Origin: an uncultured Gemmatimonadales bacterium
GTDB lineage: Bacteria > Gemmatimonadota > Gemmatimonadetes > Longimicrobiales > RSA9
Assembly (NCBI GenBank): GCA_963798085.1
Contig: CAWCRS010000009.1
Span: 233,889-297,888 of the forward strand
Length of the DNA: 64,000 nucleotides
Direction of reading: 5' to 3'
Shown piece by piece: positions 28,775 to 37,686 of this stretch. How positions within the stretch are numbered: position 1 is the stretch's first letter; every line of letters begins with the position of its first letter. The position numbers and the translations under genes are program-made. Below the pieces are notes generated by a model. It did not search any database. It was given only the letters and a program-made list of their open reading frames with translations, and had not been told where the DNA came from.

Positions 28775-30221
28775 GCCCGCGACGGTGGGCGAGTTGAAGA
28801 AGAGCGGTTATCAGCCGCGATCCGTGAAGGATGAGCTGCGCATCAACCTGATCTGCCGACTGCGCCGCGGCGACGCACTCTTCCCCGGCATCGTCGGCTA
28901 CGAAGACACGGTGATTCCACAGATCATCAATGCACTGCTGGCGCGGCAGAACTTCATTCTGCTGGGTCTGCGCGGACAGGCGAAGAGCCGCATCATCCGG
29001 CAGCTTGCCGACCTGCTGGATGCCGAGACGCCGATCATTGCGGGCAGTGAGATCAACGACGATCCGCTGCAGCCCATCTCGAAGCATGCGCGCATGCTGC
29101 TCGAGGAGATGGGTGACGAAGCGCCCATCGCCTGGGTGCCGCGCGATGCGCGCTTCGTCGAGAAGCTGGCCACGCCGGATGTGACGATCGCCGACATCAT
29201 CGGTGATGTCGATCCCATTCGCGCCGCGCGCGGCGGCCATGTGCTCGCCGATGAGCTGACCATCCATTACGGGCTGCTGCCGCGCGCCAACCGCGGCATT
29301 TTCGCGCTCAACGAGTTGCCCGACCTGGCTGGCAAGATCCAGGTGGGCCTCTTCAACATCATGCAGGAAGGCGACATCCAGATCAAAGGCTACCCGGTGC
29401 GACTGCCGCTCGATGTGCTGCTCGTTTTCACCGCGAATCCGGAAGACTACACGGCGAGAGGCAAGATCATTACGCCGCTCAAGGACCGCATCGGTGCGGA
29501 GGTGATGACGCACTACCCGGAAGGCATCGAGGCAGGCGTGCGCATCACTGCACAGGAAGCCTGGCTGGCGCGTGACACGGACGGCGCACCCATCATCATT
29601 CCGGAATTCGTGGCCGAGACGATTGAGCGCGTGGCTTTCCTGGCGCGCAAGGACAAGCGCGTGGACCAGCGCTCCGGTGTGAGTCAGCGCATGCCCATCA
29701 GCGTGCTGGAGAACGCGGTCTCCAACGCCGAACGGCGCGCGCTCTCCTGCCGCGAAACGGAAATCGTGCCTCGCCCGTCGGACATTTACGCCGCACTGCC
29801 CTCGATCACCGGCAAGATCGAGCTGGAGTACGAGGGCGAACTGATCGGTGCGGACAAGATCGCGCGCGAGCTGGTCAGCTCGGCCGCCGGCGAAACCTTC
29901 TCGGCATGGGGGGGCGAAGCCGCAGCCGATCCGCTGGAGGAAGTCGTCGATTACTTCGAGCGCGGCGGCGTGCTGCAGGTGGGTGATACGGCCAGCGGTC
30001 CGGCATCGCTCGAGGGCTTCCAGACGGTGCCCGGACTCCTCGATGCGGTGGACCGCGTGGGCTGGCGCAAGGCGGATTCGCCCGGCTGGACCGTCGCCGC
30101 ATGTGAAATGGTGCTGGAAGCGCTCGTTGCGGAACGACGCATCTCGCGCAGCGAGGGCGGCAACTACGGCCGCGCGCCGCGCCGAGGTCCGTCGCCCGGC
30201 AAGCCACCGTTCGACGTGTGA
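28761..30221 (+). CDS. ChlI/MoxR-like AAA+ ATPase (magnesium-chelatase-like family)
   Basis: ATG at 28761, preceded by GAGGAGGA. Contains FPGIVGYEDTVIPQIINALLARQNFILLGLRGQAKSR, RGIFALNELPDL (Walker B region), FNIMQEGDIQIKGYPVRLPLDVLLVFTANPEDY and ITPLKDRIG. Confidence 0.85.
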   Translation: MTERRPATVGELKKSGYQPRSVKDELRINLICRLRRGDALFPGIVGYEDTVIPQIINALLARQNFILLGLRGQAKSRIIRQLADLLDAETPIIAGSEINDDPLQPISKHARMLLEEMGDEAPIAWVPRDARFVEKLATPDVTIADIIGDVDPIRAARGGHVLADELTIHYGLLPRANRGIFALNELPDLAGKIQVGLFNIMQEGDIQIKGYPVRLPLDVLLVFTANPEDYTARGKIITPLKDRIGAEVMTHYPEGIEAGVRITAQEAWLARDTDGAPIIIPEFVAETIERVAFLARKDKRVDQRSGVSQRMPISVLENAVSNAERRALSCRETEIVPRPSDIYAALPSITGKIELEYEGELIGADKIARELVSSAAGETFSAWGGEAAADPLEEVVDYFERGGVLQVGDTASGPASLEGFQTVPGLLDAVDRVGWRKADSPGWTVAACEMVLEALVAERRISRSEGGNYGRAPRRGPSPGKPPFDV

Positions 30222-30271
30222 ACGAAAGCGGCGGCGCCAGCGCGCCACCGCCATCACGCGCGGCTCTCCAG

Positions 30272-30312
30272 GCGCCGGCGGAACGCGAGTGTTCCGCCGG
30301 CGCTTTTCATTT
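30272..30312 (+). terminator. intrinsic terminator of the M50/NUDIX/AAA+ operon
   Basis: Perfect 13-bp stem GCGCCGGCGGAAC-gcgagt-GTTCCGCCGGCGC followed by TTTTCATTT, 51 nt after the stop at 30221. Confidence 0.8.
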
Positions 30313-30381
30313 CGCGACGCTGCGTTTGACGGCTGCGGATTTCGCCACCCGTCCTGTGAAGCCTGCAACGAGAGTGGCGCG

Positions 30382-31761
30382 CTACTCGTGTTCGTGCTGC
30401 GCAGGCATGCTCCTGCGCTGCGCAGCGGCGGGACGGAGTGAAGCGAACAGGGCGAAGCCGGGCGCGCGCTCGCGACCATAGATGTCGGCGATCTGCGTGG
30501 GCACGAAGCTGAGCGATGCACGCCCGCCGATGCCCGCCTCCGCGCTGCCCATGCGCACGCGCAGCTGATAGCCGGCCGACAATTCCGCAACACGCAGGCG
30601 CCGCGGGTTCGCAATGTGGTCGTGGGAGCCGTCCTCGTGCTCGATGATGGTGATGCGCGGATCATCGCGCTGCGCGTACTCGGCGCGCGCGAAGAACGTG
30701 TGGCGCATAGTTGGCGACAGCGCGGTCTCGAACAGCGCGGCACTGAGCGGCAGGAAGCCGTCGTGCATGTGCGCGGCGCCCACGGTCGTAGCCCACTGTC
30801 CCTCTCCCAGTGGCTGGTTCTGCGATGCGCTGAGCGTGATCATGCGCAGGGTGCTGCCCGCGCCCGGATAATGCGACACCGTGCTGTGGATACGGCCAGC
30901 CGAAGCCTGCAGCGACCAGTGCGCCGCAGGATTGTACGAGAGGCGGGCGGACTGCGAATGCAGCGGCGCGAGAGATGGCGCGAAGCGGTCGCCGTTCACG
31001 GGTTCGCCATTGAAGATGGAGCCTTCCAGCTTCCAGCGGCTCGCCACCAGGCCGGCCGTGACCACACCATCGGCGACGTGTGCGGGATTCAGCTCGTGGT
31101 CGGTAATGGGCGATACCGGATCGAACGCGGCCGAGGCCCTGTGCACGGAGGAGACGGGTCCGAGGGCGGGTTCGCCGGCCAGGCCGCCGTAGAGCAGCAG
31201 GCCCAGCCGCCCGCTAACAGGTTGTTCCCAGCGCGCGGCCAGTTCCATGAGCGGCGGATGCGGGTGCTGGTACTCGCGCACGCCATCCGTGGAGCAGAGC
31301 GGGCCCGCCGAAAAGAGCAGGGGATAGCCGCAGCTTCCCAGGGTCAGCGTTTCCATGCTGCCCATGGCCGTCAGGGCGAGCGAACCGCCCAGCGCTGCGC
31401 GGCTGGCGCCCAGCATGAGCCAGTTGGCGCTGCCCAGCCGGGCGCTGCCCTTCGTCGAAGTTTCGCGCACGTATCCGAAGAACACGGAGCCGTGCAGCAT
31501 CAGCTGCCAGCCACCCAGGCGGCCATGCAGCGCATCCATGGGCGTGGCATCGGGCTGCCAGCTGGTGCCCGAAGCCAGGCGGGTCGCCGGGGTGGTGGAC
31601 TCACGACTGGCGCCGTTCTGAGCCAGCTGCGCCCGCAGCGGCGGCGGCAGAAACAGCAGCGCCGCGGCCGGGATGACGCCGCCTGCGGAGACCCGCAGCG
31701 TCAGCCGGACCACGGCGCCGCGCAGCGTGCCGCGGCAGCGCCGGCTGCCGCGCTGCATCAT
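30382..31761 (-). CDS. hypothetical secreted, probable outer-membrane beta-barrel protein
   Basis: 459 aa. Signal-like N-terminus (...AAALLFLPPPLRAQ). Alternating-pattern strands, Gly- and aromatic-rich, with a His-rich patch (YQHPHPP). Last gene of the cupredoxin-CHRD operon, with a 6-nt gap to the CHRD stop. I cannot name a family. Confidence 0.6.
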   Translation of the reverse strand: MMQRGSRRCRGTLRGAVVRLTLRVSAGGVIPAAALLFLPPPLRAQLAQNGASRESTTPATRLASGTSWQPDATPMDALHGRLGGWQLMLHGSVFFGYVRETSTKGSARLGSANWLMLGASRAALGGSLALTAMGSMETLTLGSCGYPLLFSAGPLCSTDGVREYQHPHPPLMELAARWEQPVSGRLGLLLYGGLAGEPALGPVSSVHRASAAFDPVSPITDHELNPAHVADGVVTAGLVASRWKLEGSIFNGEPVNGDRFAPSLAPLHSQSARLSYNPAAHWSLQASAGRIHSTVSHYPGAGSTLRMITLSASQNQPLGEGQWATTVGAAHMHDGFLPLSAALFETALSPTMRHTFFARAEYAQRDDPRITIIEHEDGSHDHIANPRRLRVAELSAGYQLRVRMGSAEAGIGGRASLSFVPTQIADIYGRERAPGFALFASLRPAAAQRRSMPAQHEHE

Positions 31762-31767
31762 GGCCGG

Positions 31768-32262
31768 CTACCTGGTCACGACCTGGCCGCGGATCTCGCC
31801 CGCCGCATTGGTCACCGTGTGATAGTTGACGTACGCATGGCCGTTGCGCAGCAGCGTCAACACGGAGTCCACCGTGACGCCGGTCTTGATGGTGAAGCTG
31901 CTGGAGGGAAACGTACCGCTGCTCAACACGCCGTTAGTCACGTTGACGCCCGGCGCCGCCGCCGCGAACAGCGTCACCAGCACGCCCACGGCCGTGTTGC
32001 TGTCAGCCGGGCCGTGGATGTGCGCCGCCGTGGCGCCGGTCAGGTTGGTCGCGTTCAGCGTGAAGGTCACGGTGCCATCGGCATTGTTGGTGAAGGTGGC
32101 CGTGCCGGTGGCGTTGCTGTTGATGGCGGTGGGCTTCTCGTTGGCGCCGTTCAGCGTGGCCGTGAACTGCTCCTTCGCCGGCTCCGTGTTGCTGTCCTTG
32201 CAGCCGAGTGAGAACGCGACCAGGCTGGTGAGCAGCGCGGAAAGCAGGGGACGATGCGACAT
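31768..32262 (-). CDS. CHRD-domain lipoprotein
   Basis: ATG at 32262 with lipobox LVAFSLGC. Contains FTATLNGANEKP...GTATFTNNADGTVTFTLNATNLTGATAAHIHGPA...YVNYHT..N.AGEIRGQV, the CHRD signature. Confidence 0.85.
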   Translation of the reverse strand: MSHRPLLSALLTSLVAFSLGCKDSNTEPAKEQFTATLNGANEKPTAINSNATGTATFTNNADGTVTFTLNATNLTGATAAHIHGPADSNTAVGVLVTLFAAAAPGVNVTNGVLSSGTFPSSSFTIKTGVTVDSVLTLLRNGHAYVNYHTVTNAAGEIRGQVVTR

Positions 32263-32307
32263 GAAGTCTCTCCTGTGAGCGATGGTCAAGAATGGGCGGG
32301 CATTGGC

Positions 32308-32787
32308 CTACTCCACCACGACGACGCCGCGCATGAACTGCGCATGAGGAATGCAGTGATAGTCGTAGCGACCGGGCTGACTGAACACGAAGCTGAAGAT
32401 GGAGCCGGTCGTGAGCGAAGGTGAGTTCCACAGCCCTGTGTCCGAGGTGGTGGTGTGCGCGTCGATGCTGGACACCTCGCAGTCCACCCAGGTGACGCGC
32501 GTACCGGCGGGCACGTGCAGCTCCTCCGGATGAAAGGCGAAATCCTTGAGCGCCACCACGGCGCCGACCGCGCCGATGACCGGGGAGTCGAGACGGAGCC
32601 GGCAGTCGCCGGCGGCGGGACCGACGACAGCGCCGGGCTGATCGGAAAAGCAGCCGAGCAGCAGTGTGGCGATGCCGGTGAAGGCGAGCAGCACGCCGGT
32701 AGTCCATGGCCGCCGCGTGTGCAGGCGGTACCTCGCCCGCTGCGGGCAAGGGCGGGTCGAGCAGAGATGACGCAGGGGCTGATCCAT
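32308..32787 (-). CDS. cupredoxin (plastocyanin/azurin-like type-1 copper protein), lipoprotein
   Basis: Start taken at MDQPLRHL (32787). Lipobox ATLLLGC. FAFHPEELHVPAGTRVTWV (His ligand region) and YDYHCIPHAQFMRGVVVV (C-x2-H-x3-M copper ligands). Confidence 0.8.
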   Translation of the reverse strand: MDQPLRHLCSTRPCPQRARYRLHTRRPWTTGVLLAFTGIATLLLGCFSDQPGAVVGPAAGDCRLRLDSPVIGAVGAVVALKDFAFHPEELHVPAGTRVTWVDCEVSSIDAHTTTSDTGLWNSPSLTTGSIFSFVFSQPGRYDYHCIPHAQFMRGVVVVE

Positions 32788-33335
32788 GAGTGCGTTGTCG
32801 ACTGTTCCAGTACAGTATTCGCCGTGCGACGCGTTGCCGTGCACGACAACGCGTGCATGGTGCGGCCTCGCGGGACTGGTCATCACAAACGTGCGAACCA
32901 CGAAAACCTGACTCCGCATTTCCACCCGACCACGCGGGTAACGCGGGGGACGCTGACCGCGAGCCCCTGTAATCCCTGGTTAGGGGGCGCGCCTGCGGCG
33001 GAACCGTGCGCGTCAGCACGCGCGGAGCGTCGGGCAACGACGATCAGTCTGGAAAGCGTGTACGGCGAAGTGCCGCACCGGAGAATCCGTCCACCGTGAT
33101 ATGACCGTGCACACGCGAGGGCGCAGCACCGCGTCGCGCGCGGCAGAGATGGACGGACGGCGCCAAAAGGCACGTCGGCCGCAGTGAAGAACGTTCGAGA
33201 GAATGCGAAGCTGACTGTGTGGCGCGGGCCGCATGAAAACGCGGCGCCTGTCAAGGTCGCGCGGACCGTCTCGACCGCATACTCTTCCGGGGCGCAAGGC
33301 GGCGGCTCGCAACCGTTCCGGAGGGGAGGTCGACG

Positions 33336-33914
33336 ATGACGCCTGACGATTCACACCGCAGACCGCATCGCACCGAATACTACATGGGCATTGCCATCGC
33401 CGTGCGGCGGCGGGCGAACTGCATTGGCAACCGCGTGGGCGCGGTGCTGGTGCGCGAGGATCGCATCATCTCGACCGGCTACAACGGCACGCCGCAGCAC
33501 ATGCGCAACTGCGATGAGGGCGGGTGCGAGCGCTGCGCCAACCGCGATCGCTACCCGTCGGCGACGAGCTACGACCTCTGCATCTGCGTGCACGCCGAGC
33601 AGAATGCGCTGCTGAGCGCGGCGCGCTTCGGCATTCCAGTGGAAGGCTCCGTGCTGTACACCACGCTGCGGCCGTGCTTCAACTGCGCGAAGGAGCTGCT
33701 GCAGGCGAGGGTGCACGCGGTGTATTACCTGCACGACTGGAAGCCGCCGGCCGATGATCTGGGCCAGCAGTATCAGCTCCTGGAGCAGCGCTTTCCGGGT
33801 GGCGTGGCAAAGATCGACATGGCGGATGCGGATGCGACGTGGGCGCTGTCGTCACTGCGCGAAGCCGGGAGCGGCGGCCCGGCAGCTTCGCCGGCGGATG
33901 CAAAGTCAGGATGA
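33336..33914 (+). CDS. deoxycytidylate (dCMP/CMP) deaminase, zinc-binding
   Basis: Contains YYMGIAIAVRRRANC..NRVGAVLV, the HAE motif CVHAEQNAL, and PCFNCAKELLQA (PCxxC). Confidence 0.88.
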   Translation: MTPDDSHRRPHRTEYYMGIAIAVRRRANCIGNRVGAVLVREDRIISTGYNGTPQHMRNCDEGGCERCANRDRYPSATSYDLCICVHAEQNALLSAARFGIPVEGSVLYTTLRPCFNCAKELLQARVHAVYYLHDWKPPADDLGQQYQLLEQRFPGGVAKIDMADADATWALSSLREAGSGGPAASPADAKSG

Positions 33915-33946
33915 CGGCGCGTCGTCGCCTGAAGTGAGATGGCGAG

Positions 33947-34366
33947 TCAGTGCGGCCAGGCCTTCAGGATGAGCAGCACCAGCGCACCGACGAGGGCGAG
34001 GAAGATGGCCTGGCTCAGGATTCGGCGCACCGCATGCGGACCGAACAGACCGGAGCCGGTGCGATCACCGTTGCGGAATGCGAGCGTGAAGTGCGTCTCG
34101 ACGGGCACCGGTCGATTGCCGAAGCCCACGGTTTCGAGGGACTGATCCACGAGCGCGCGGTCTTCCGGTGAGAGCTGGCGGGAATCCGTGAACACCCGTG
34201 TCTGAAAGCCGGTTCGCCACGGTCCTTTTTCCAGCAGGTCCGGCACGCCGTTGCCGTTACGATCCTGCATCAGGTTCATGGCTTCCTGAAACCGTGCACG
34301 CACGTCGGCCGGCATCTCATCCGGACTGGCGTACTCGACGCCATTGAAAACGATCGCAGGCTTCAT
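33947..34366 (-). CDS. hypothetical small protein with C-terminal TM helix
   Basis: ATG at 34366, preceded by GGGAGGAATGG. Sequence MKPAIVFNGVEYASPDEMPADVRARFQEAM...AIFLALVGALVLLILKAWPH. The upstream part of ORF 33947..34999 looks non-coding. Confidence 0.55.
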   Translation of the reverse strand: MKPAIVFNGVEYASPDEMPADVRARFQEAMNLMQDRNGNGVPDLLEKGPWRTGFQTRVFTDSRQLSPEDRALVDQSLETVGFGNRPVPVETHFTLAFRNGDRTGSGLFGPHAVRRILSQAIFLALVGALVLLILKAWPH

Positions 34367-34432
34367 GGGTCCATTCCTCCCTGTCGAAGGATCGGTCCTG
34401 CCGGGCGCGCGCATGAGTTGCGGTGAGGCCGC

Positions 34433-34915
34433 GTGACGGCGCCGCGGCGCAGTGCCGGGCTGCTGCTGTACCGCTGGGGCAGGGACGGGCCGGAGGTGCT
34501 GCTGGCGCACCCCGGCGGCCCGTTCTGGGCGAAAAAGGATGCCGGCGCCTGGACCATACCCAAAGGGGAGCTGAAGCCGGATGAAGATGCGCTTGCCGCC
34601 GCGCGCCGCGAATTCGAGGAGGAGACTGGCATCCGCGCGAGCGGTCCGTTCCTGGATCTGGGCGAGATCCGGCAGAAGGCGGGCAAGGTCGTGCAGGCAT
34701 GGGCTTCGGGGGGCGACGCCGATCCCGCACGCATCGTCTCGAATACCGTGCGACTGGAGTGGCCGCGCGGCTCCGGCCGCTGGCTGGAGTTCCCGGAAAT
34801 CGATCGCGGCGCCTGGTTCGGCATGGCGGAGGCAAAGCGCAGGATCAATCCCGCCCAGGCGCTGTTTCTCGATCGGCTGGCCGAGCGAATCGGCGAAGGC
34901 GGCGAGGGCGCATAG
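34433..34915 (+). CDS. NUDIX hydrolase
   Basis: GTG at 34433. Classical Nudix box PKGELKPDEDALAAARREFEEETGI. Confidence 0.85.
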   Translation: MTAPRRSAGLLLYRWGRDGPEVLLAHPGGPFWAKKDAGAWTIPKGELKPDEDALAAARREFEEETGIRASGPFLDLGEIRQKAGKVVQAWASGGDADPARIVSNTVRLEWPRGSGRWLEFPEIDRGAWFGMAEAKRRINPAQALFLDRLAERIGEGGEGA

Positions 34916-34920
34916 TAGCA

Positions 34921-34957
34921 GCGTCGTCGCCTGCCATCCGATTTCAGGCGACGACGC
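34921..34957 (+). terminator. perfect 13-bp stem-loop after the NUDIX gene (no T-tract)
   Basis: GCGTCGTCGCCTG-ccatccgattt-CAGGCGACGACGC starts 6 nt after the stop. There is no downstream U-run, so terminator function is uncertain. Confidence 0.4.
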
Positions 34958-35175
34958 GCTGTCCGATTCCGGGACGGATACCGCCTGCGGCGAACGCACG
35001 GCCGCCTGCCCGGGGTTGCTTCCAATATGCCAAGATCAATGCACACAACGGCTTGACATTGCAGTCGCGGACGGCACGGCCCGTGCCCGAGGGGAAGCCA
35101 CCGTGAGCAGGTTCGCGCGCGCCGTGCTGCGGCCGGCCCAGCCATTGGGCCGGGACCCGAGCTTCCGAGGAAATC

Positions 35176-37596
35176 ATGGACGCATTCCGGCAGGATCTGC
35201 GTTTCGCCTGGCGCACGCTGCTATCGCGGCGAGGCTTCACGCTCGTGGCTGTGCTGACGCTGGCGCTGGGGATCGGCGCGACGACCGCAATCTTCAGCGT
35301 GGTGCACGGCGTGCTGCTGCGGCCGTTGCCGTATGCACAGTCGGACCGGCTGGTGCACGTGTGGCAGTCGGCGAAGGACAGTCCGCCGGGCGAACGGCTG
35401 CTTTCGCATCCCAACTTCCAGGACGTGGGCGCCGAGGCACGCAGCATCGAGTCGATTTCGCAGGTCGATGGCGTCAACCTGACGGTGAGCGCGGATGGTG
35501 GCGCGGAGCTGGTGCGTGGTGGTGAGGTGAGCGACGGTTTCTTTCACGTCTTCCGCGCGCCGCTGCTGCTGGGTCGCGAGTTCACGGCACTGGAGGATCG
35601 GTACCAGGGTCCGCTGGTGGCCGTGATAAGCGAGGGTTATTGGCGCGAACGACTGGGCGCGCGCTCCGACGTGGTGGGCTCCACCATCCGCATCGGCGGC
35701 GCCGACCACGAGATCGTGGGCGTGGTGCGGGCCGGATTCTCGTATCCCGATGACGCGAGGATCTGGGTGCCCGTGCAGAACAACGATGAAGGCTGCGGCC
35801 GCGGCTGCGTGACGCACGTGGCGGTGGCGCGTCTGGCGGCGGGCGCAACGCTGGGGCAGGCGAATGCGGAACTCGCAGCGCTGCACGCGCGACTGGAGAA
35901 GGCATATCCGCGCTCCAGCGCGGGGGGCGCACTGGTCGCGGCTTCCATGCGCAGCGTCGTGGTGGGCGACGTGCAGCCGGCGCTGGTCATCGTGCTGGGC
36001 GCGGTGCTCATGGTGCTGCTGATCGCCTGCGCCAACGTGGCGAATCTGCAGCTGGTGCGGGGGAACGGGCGGGTCACGGAGATTGCGGTGCGGTCGACAC
36101 TGGGTGCGAACCGGCGCCGGCTGCTGTCGCAGCTGCTGACGGAGAGCGCGCTGCTGGCGGTGCTGGGCGCAGTGGCGGGCGTGGCGCTGGCCGCGTGGGG
36201 CGTGGATGCGCTGCGCCGACTGGCGCCATCGGATATTCCGCGGCTGGATGAAGTGCGCCTGGACGCGATAACACTACTGTTTGCAAGCGCCCTGGCCGGT
36301 GCCAGCGCCCTGCTGTTCGGGCTGGCGCCCGCGCTGAACCTGTCGCGCGTCGAGCTGGCGACCGCGCTGCGGCGGGGCGGGCGAGGCGATGTGAACGCGG
36401 GCCGCAGCGGCGTGGGGCGGTCGGCGATCCTGGCGGCAGAGACCGCGCTCTCCGTGATCCTGCTGCTGGGTGCGGGTCTCATGGTGCGCAGCATGGTACG
36501 GCTGACACGCGTGCAACCCGGTTTCGACACGCGGGGGGTCATGCAGTTCCGCCTCTCGTTGCCGGACGCGCGCTACCCGACGCCGGACGATAACGTGCTG
36601 TTCATGGACCGCGTGCGGGAGGAGCTGTCGGCGGTGCCGGGCATCGACAGTGTGGGCATCATGGTGGCGGCGCCGCTCACCGGCATCTCGCTGCACGGCG
36701 GTTTCACGCGCACGGACCAGCCTCCTCCCGAGCCCGGCAGGGGGCCGCAGATCAACTACCGGGTGACGGACGGGTACGGGGCTGCCATGCTGCACGTGCG
36801 CCTGCTCCAGGGGCGCGGCTTCAGCCCGGCGGACCGCCACGGCGGGCAAGGCGTTGCGCTGATCAGCCAGAGCACGGCGCAGCAGTACTTTCCGGGCGAG
36901 GACGCGGTGGGCAAGGTGATACAGCTGCACATCTCGACCGGCTACGAAGAGGACGCGCCGCGCACCATTGTGGGCGTGTTCGCGGATGTGCGCGCCGGCC
37001 GGCTCAGTGCCTCGCCGCAGCCGGAGTTGTGGATCCCCTACGCGCAGGCCGGCTCGAGCTTTCCTAACGTGCTGCTACGCGGCTCGCTGGGCCGGCGTGC
37101 GATGATCGAGAGTGCCCGCGGTGTGCTCCGCAGCCTGGACCCGGAGCTGCCGCTGATCCGGCCGGTGCCGCTCGATACCTTCGTTGCCGAACAGCTGGCG
37201 CAGCCGCGTTTCTATCTGCTGCTGCTGGGACTGTTCGCGGTACTGGCGGTGGCGCTGGCGGCGGTCGGCATCTTCGGCGTGGTGGCGTTCGCGGTGTCGC
37301 AGCGCACGCGCGAGATCGGGGTGCGCATTGCCCTGGGCGCGCGCATCGAGCAGGTGATCCGGCTGGTCATGCTGCAGGGGCTGCGCCCGGCCGTGGCGGG
37401 TGTCATCATCGGGTTGCTGGGTGGCCTTGCCGGCACACGCCTGATGCAGGCATTGCTCTATGACGTGGCGCCGCGCGATCCTGTGACGTTCGCGCTCGTG
37501 CCGCTGGTGCTGCTGGCCGTGGTCGGCCTGGCGTGTGCGCTGCCGGCAAGGCGAGCGACGCGCATTCCGCCCTCCGTGGCGCTGCGCTCCGAATGA
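35176..37596 (+). CDS. ADOP-type duplicated FtsX/MacB-like ABC permease
   Basis: 806 aa, intact. MDAFRQDLRFAWRTLLSRRGFTLVAVLTLALGIGATTAIFSV, then two MacB periplasmic domains and two FtsX blocks (ACANVANLQLVRG..R..EIAVRSTLGA and EIGVRIALGA). Ends VALRSE. Confidence 0.9.
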   Translation: MDAFRQDLRFAWRTLLSRRGFTLVAVLTLALGIGATTAIFSVVHGVLLRPLPYAQSDRLVHVWQSAKDSPPGERLLSHPNFQDVGAEARSIESISQVDGVNLTVSADGGAELVRGGEVSDGFFHVFRAPLLLGREFTALEDRYQGPLVAVISEGYWRERLGARSDVVGSTIRIGGADHEIVGVVRAGFSYPDDARIWVPVQNNDEGCGRGCVTHVAVARLAAGATLGQANAELAALHARLEKAYPRSSAGGALVAASMRSVVVGDVQPALVIVLGAVLMVLLIACANVANLQLVRGNGRVTEIAVRSTLGANRRRLLSQLLTESALLAVLGAVAGVALAAWGVDALRRLAPSDIPRLDEVRLDAITLLFASALAGASALLFGLAPALNLSRVELATALRRGGRGDVNAGRSGVGRSAILAAETALSVILLLGAGLMVRSMVRLTRVQPGFDTRGVMQFRLSLPDARYPTPDDNVLFMDRVREELSAVPGIDSVGIMVAAPLTGISLHGGFTRTDQPPPEPGRGPQINYRVTDGYGAAMLHVRLLQGRGFSPADRHGGQGVALISQSTAQQYFPGEDAVGKVIQLHISTGYEEDAPRTIVGVFADVRAGRLSASPQPELWIPYAQAGSSFPNVLLRGSLGRRAMIESARGVLRSLDPELPLIRPVPLDTFVAEQLAQPRFYLLLLGLFAVLAVALAAVGIFGVVAFAVSQRTREIGVRIALGARIEQVIRLVMLQGLRPAVAGVIIGLLGGLAGTRLMQALLYDVAPRDPVTFALVPLVLLAVVGLACALPARRATRIPPSVALRSE

Positions 37597-37686
37597 CCGG
37601 ACCACGGCGGCGCGAGTCATGATCGCGCGTCGCAGTTCGTTGTGGGCGCAGGCTGAACGGCTGAATTATGCAATGAGGCGAATTCG

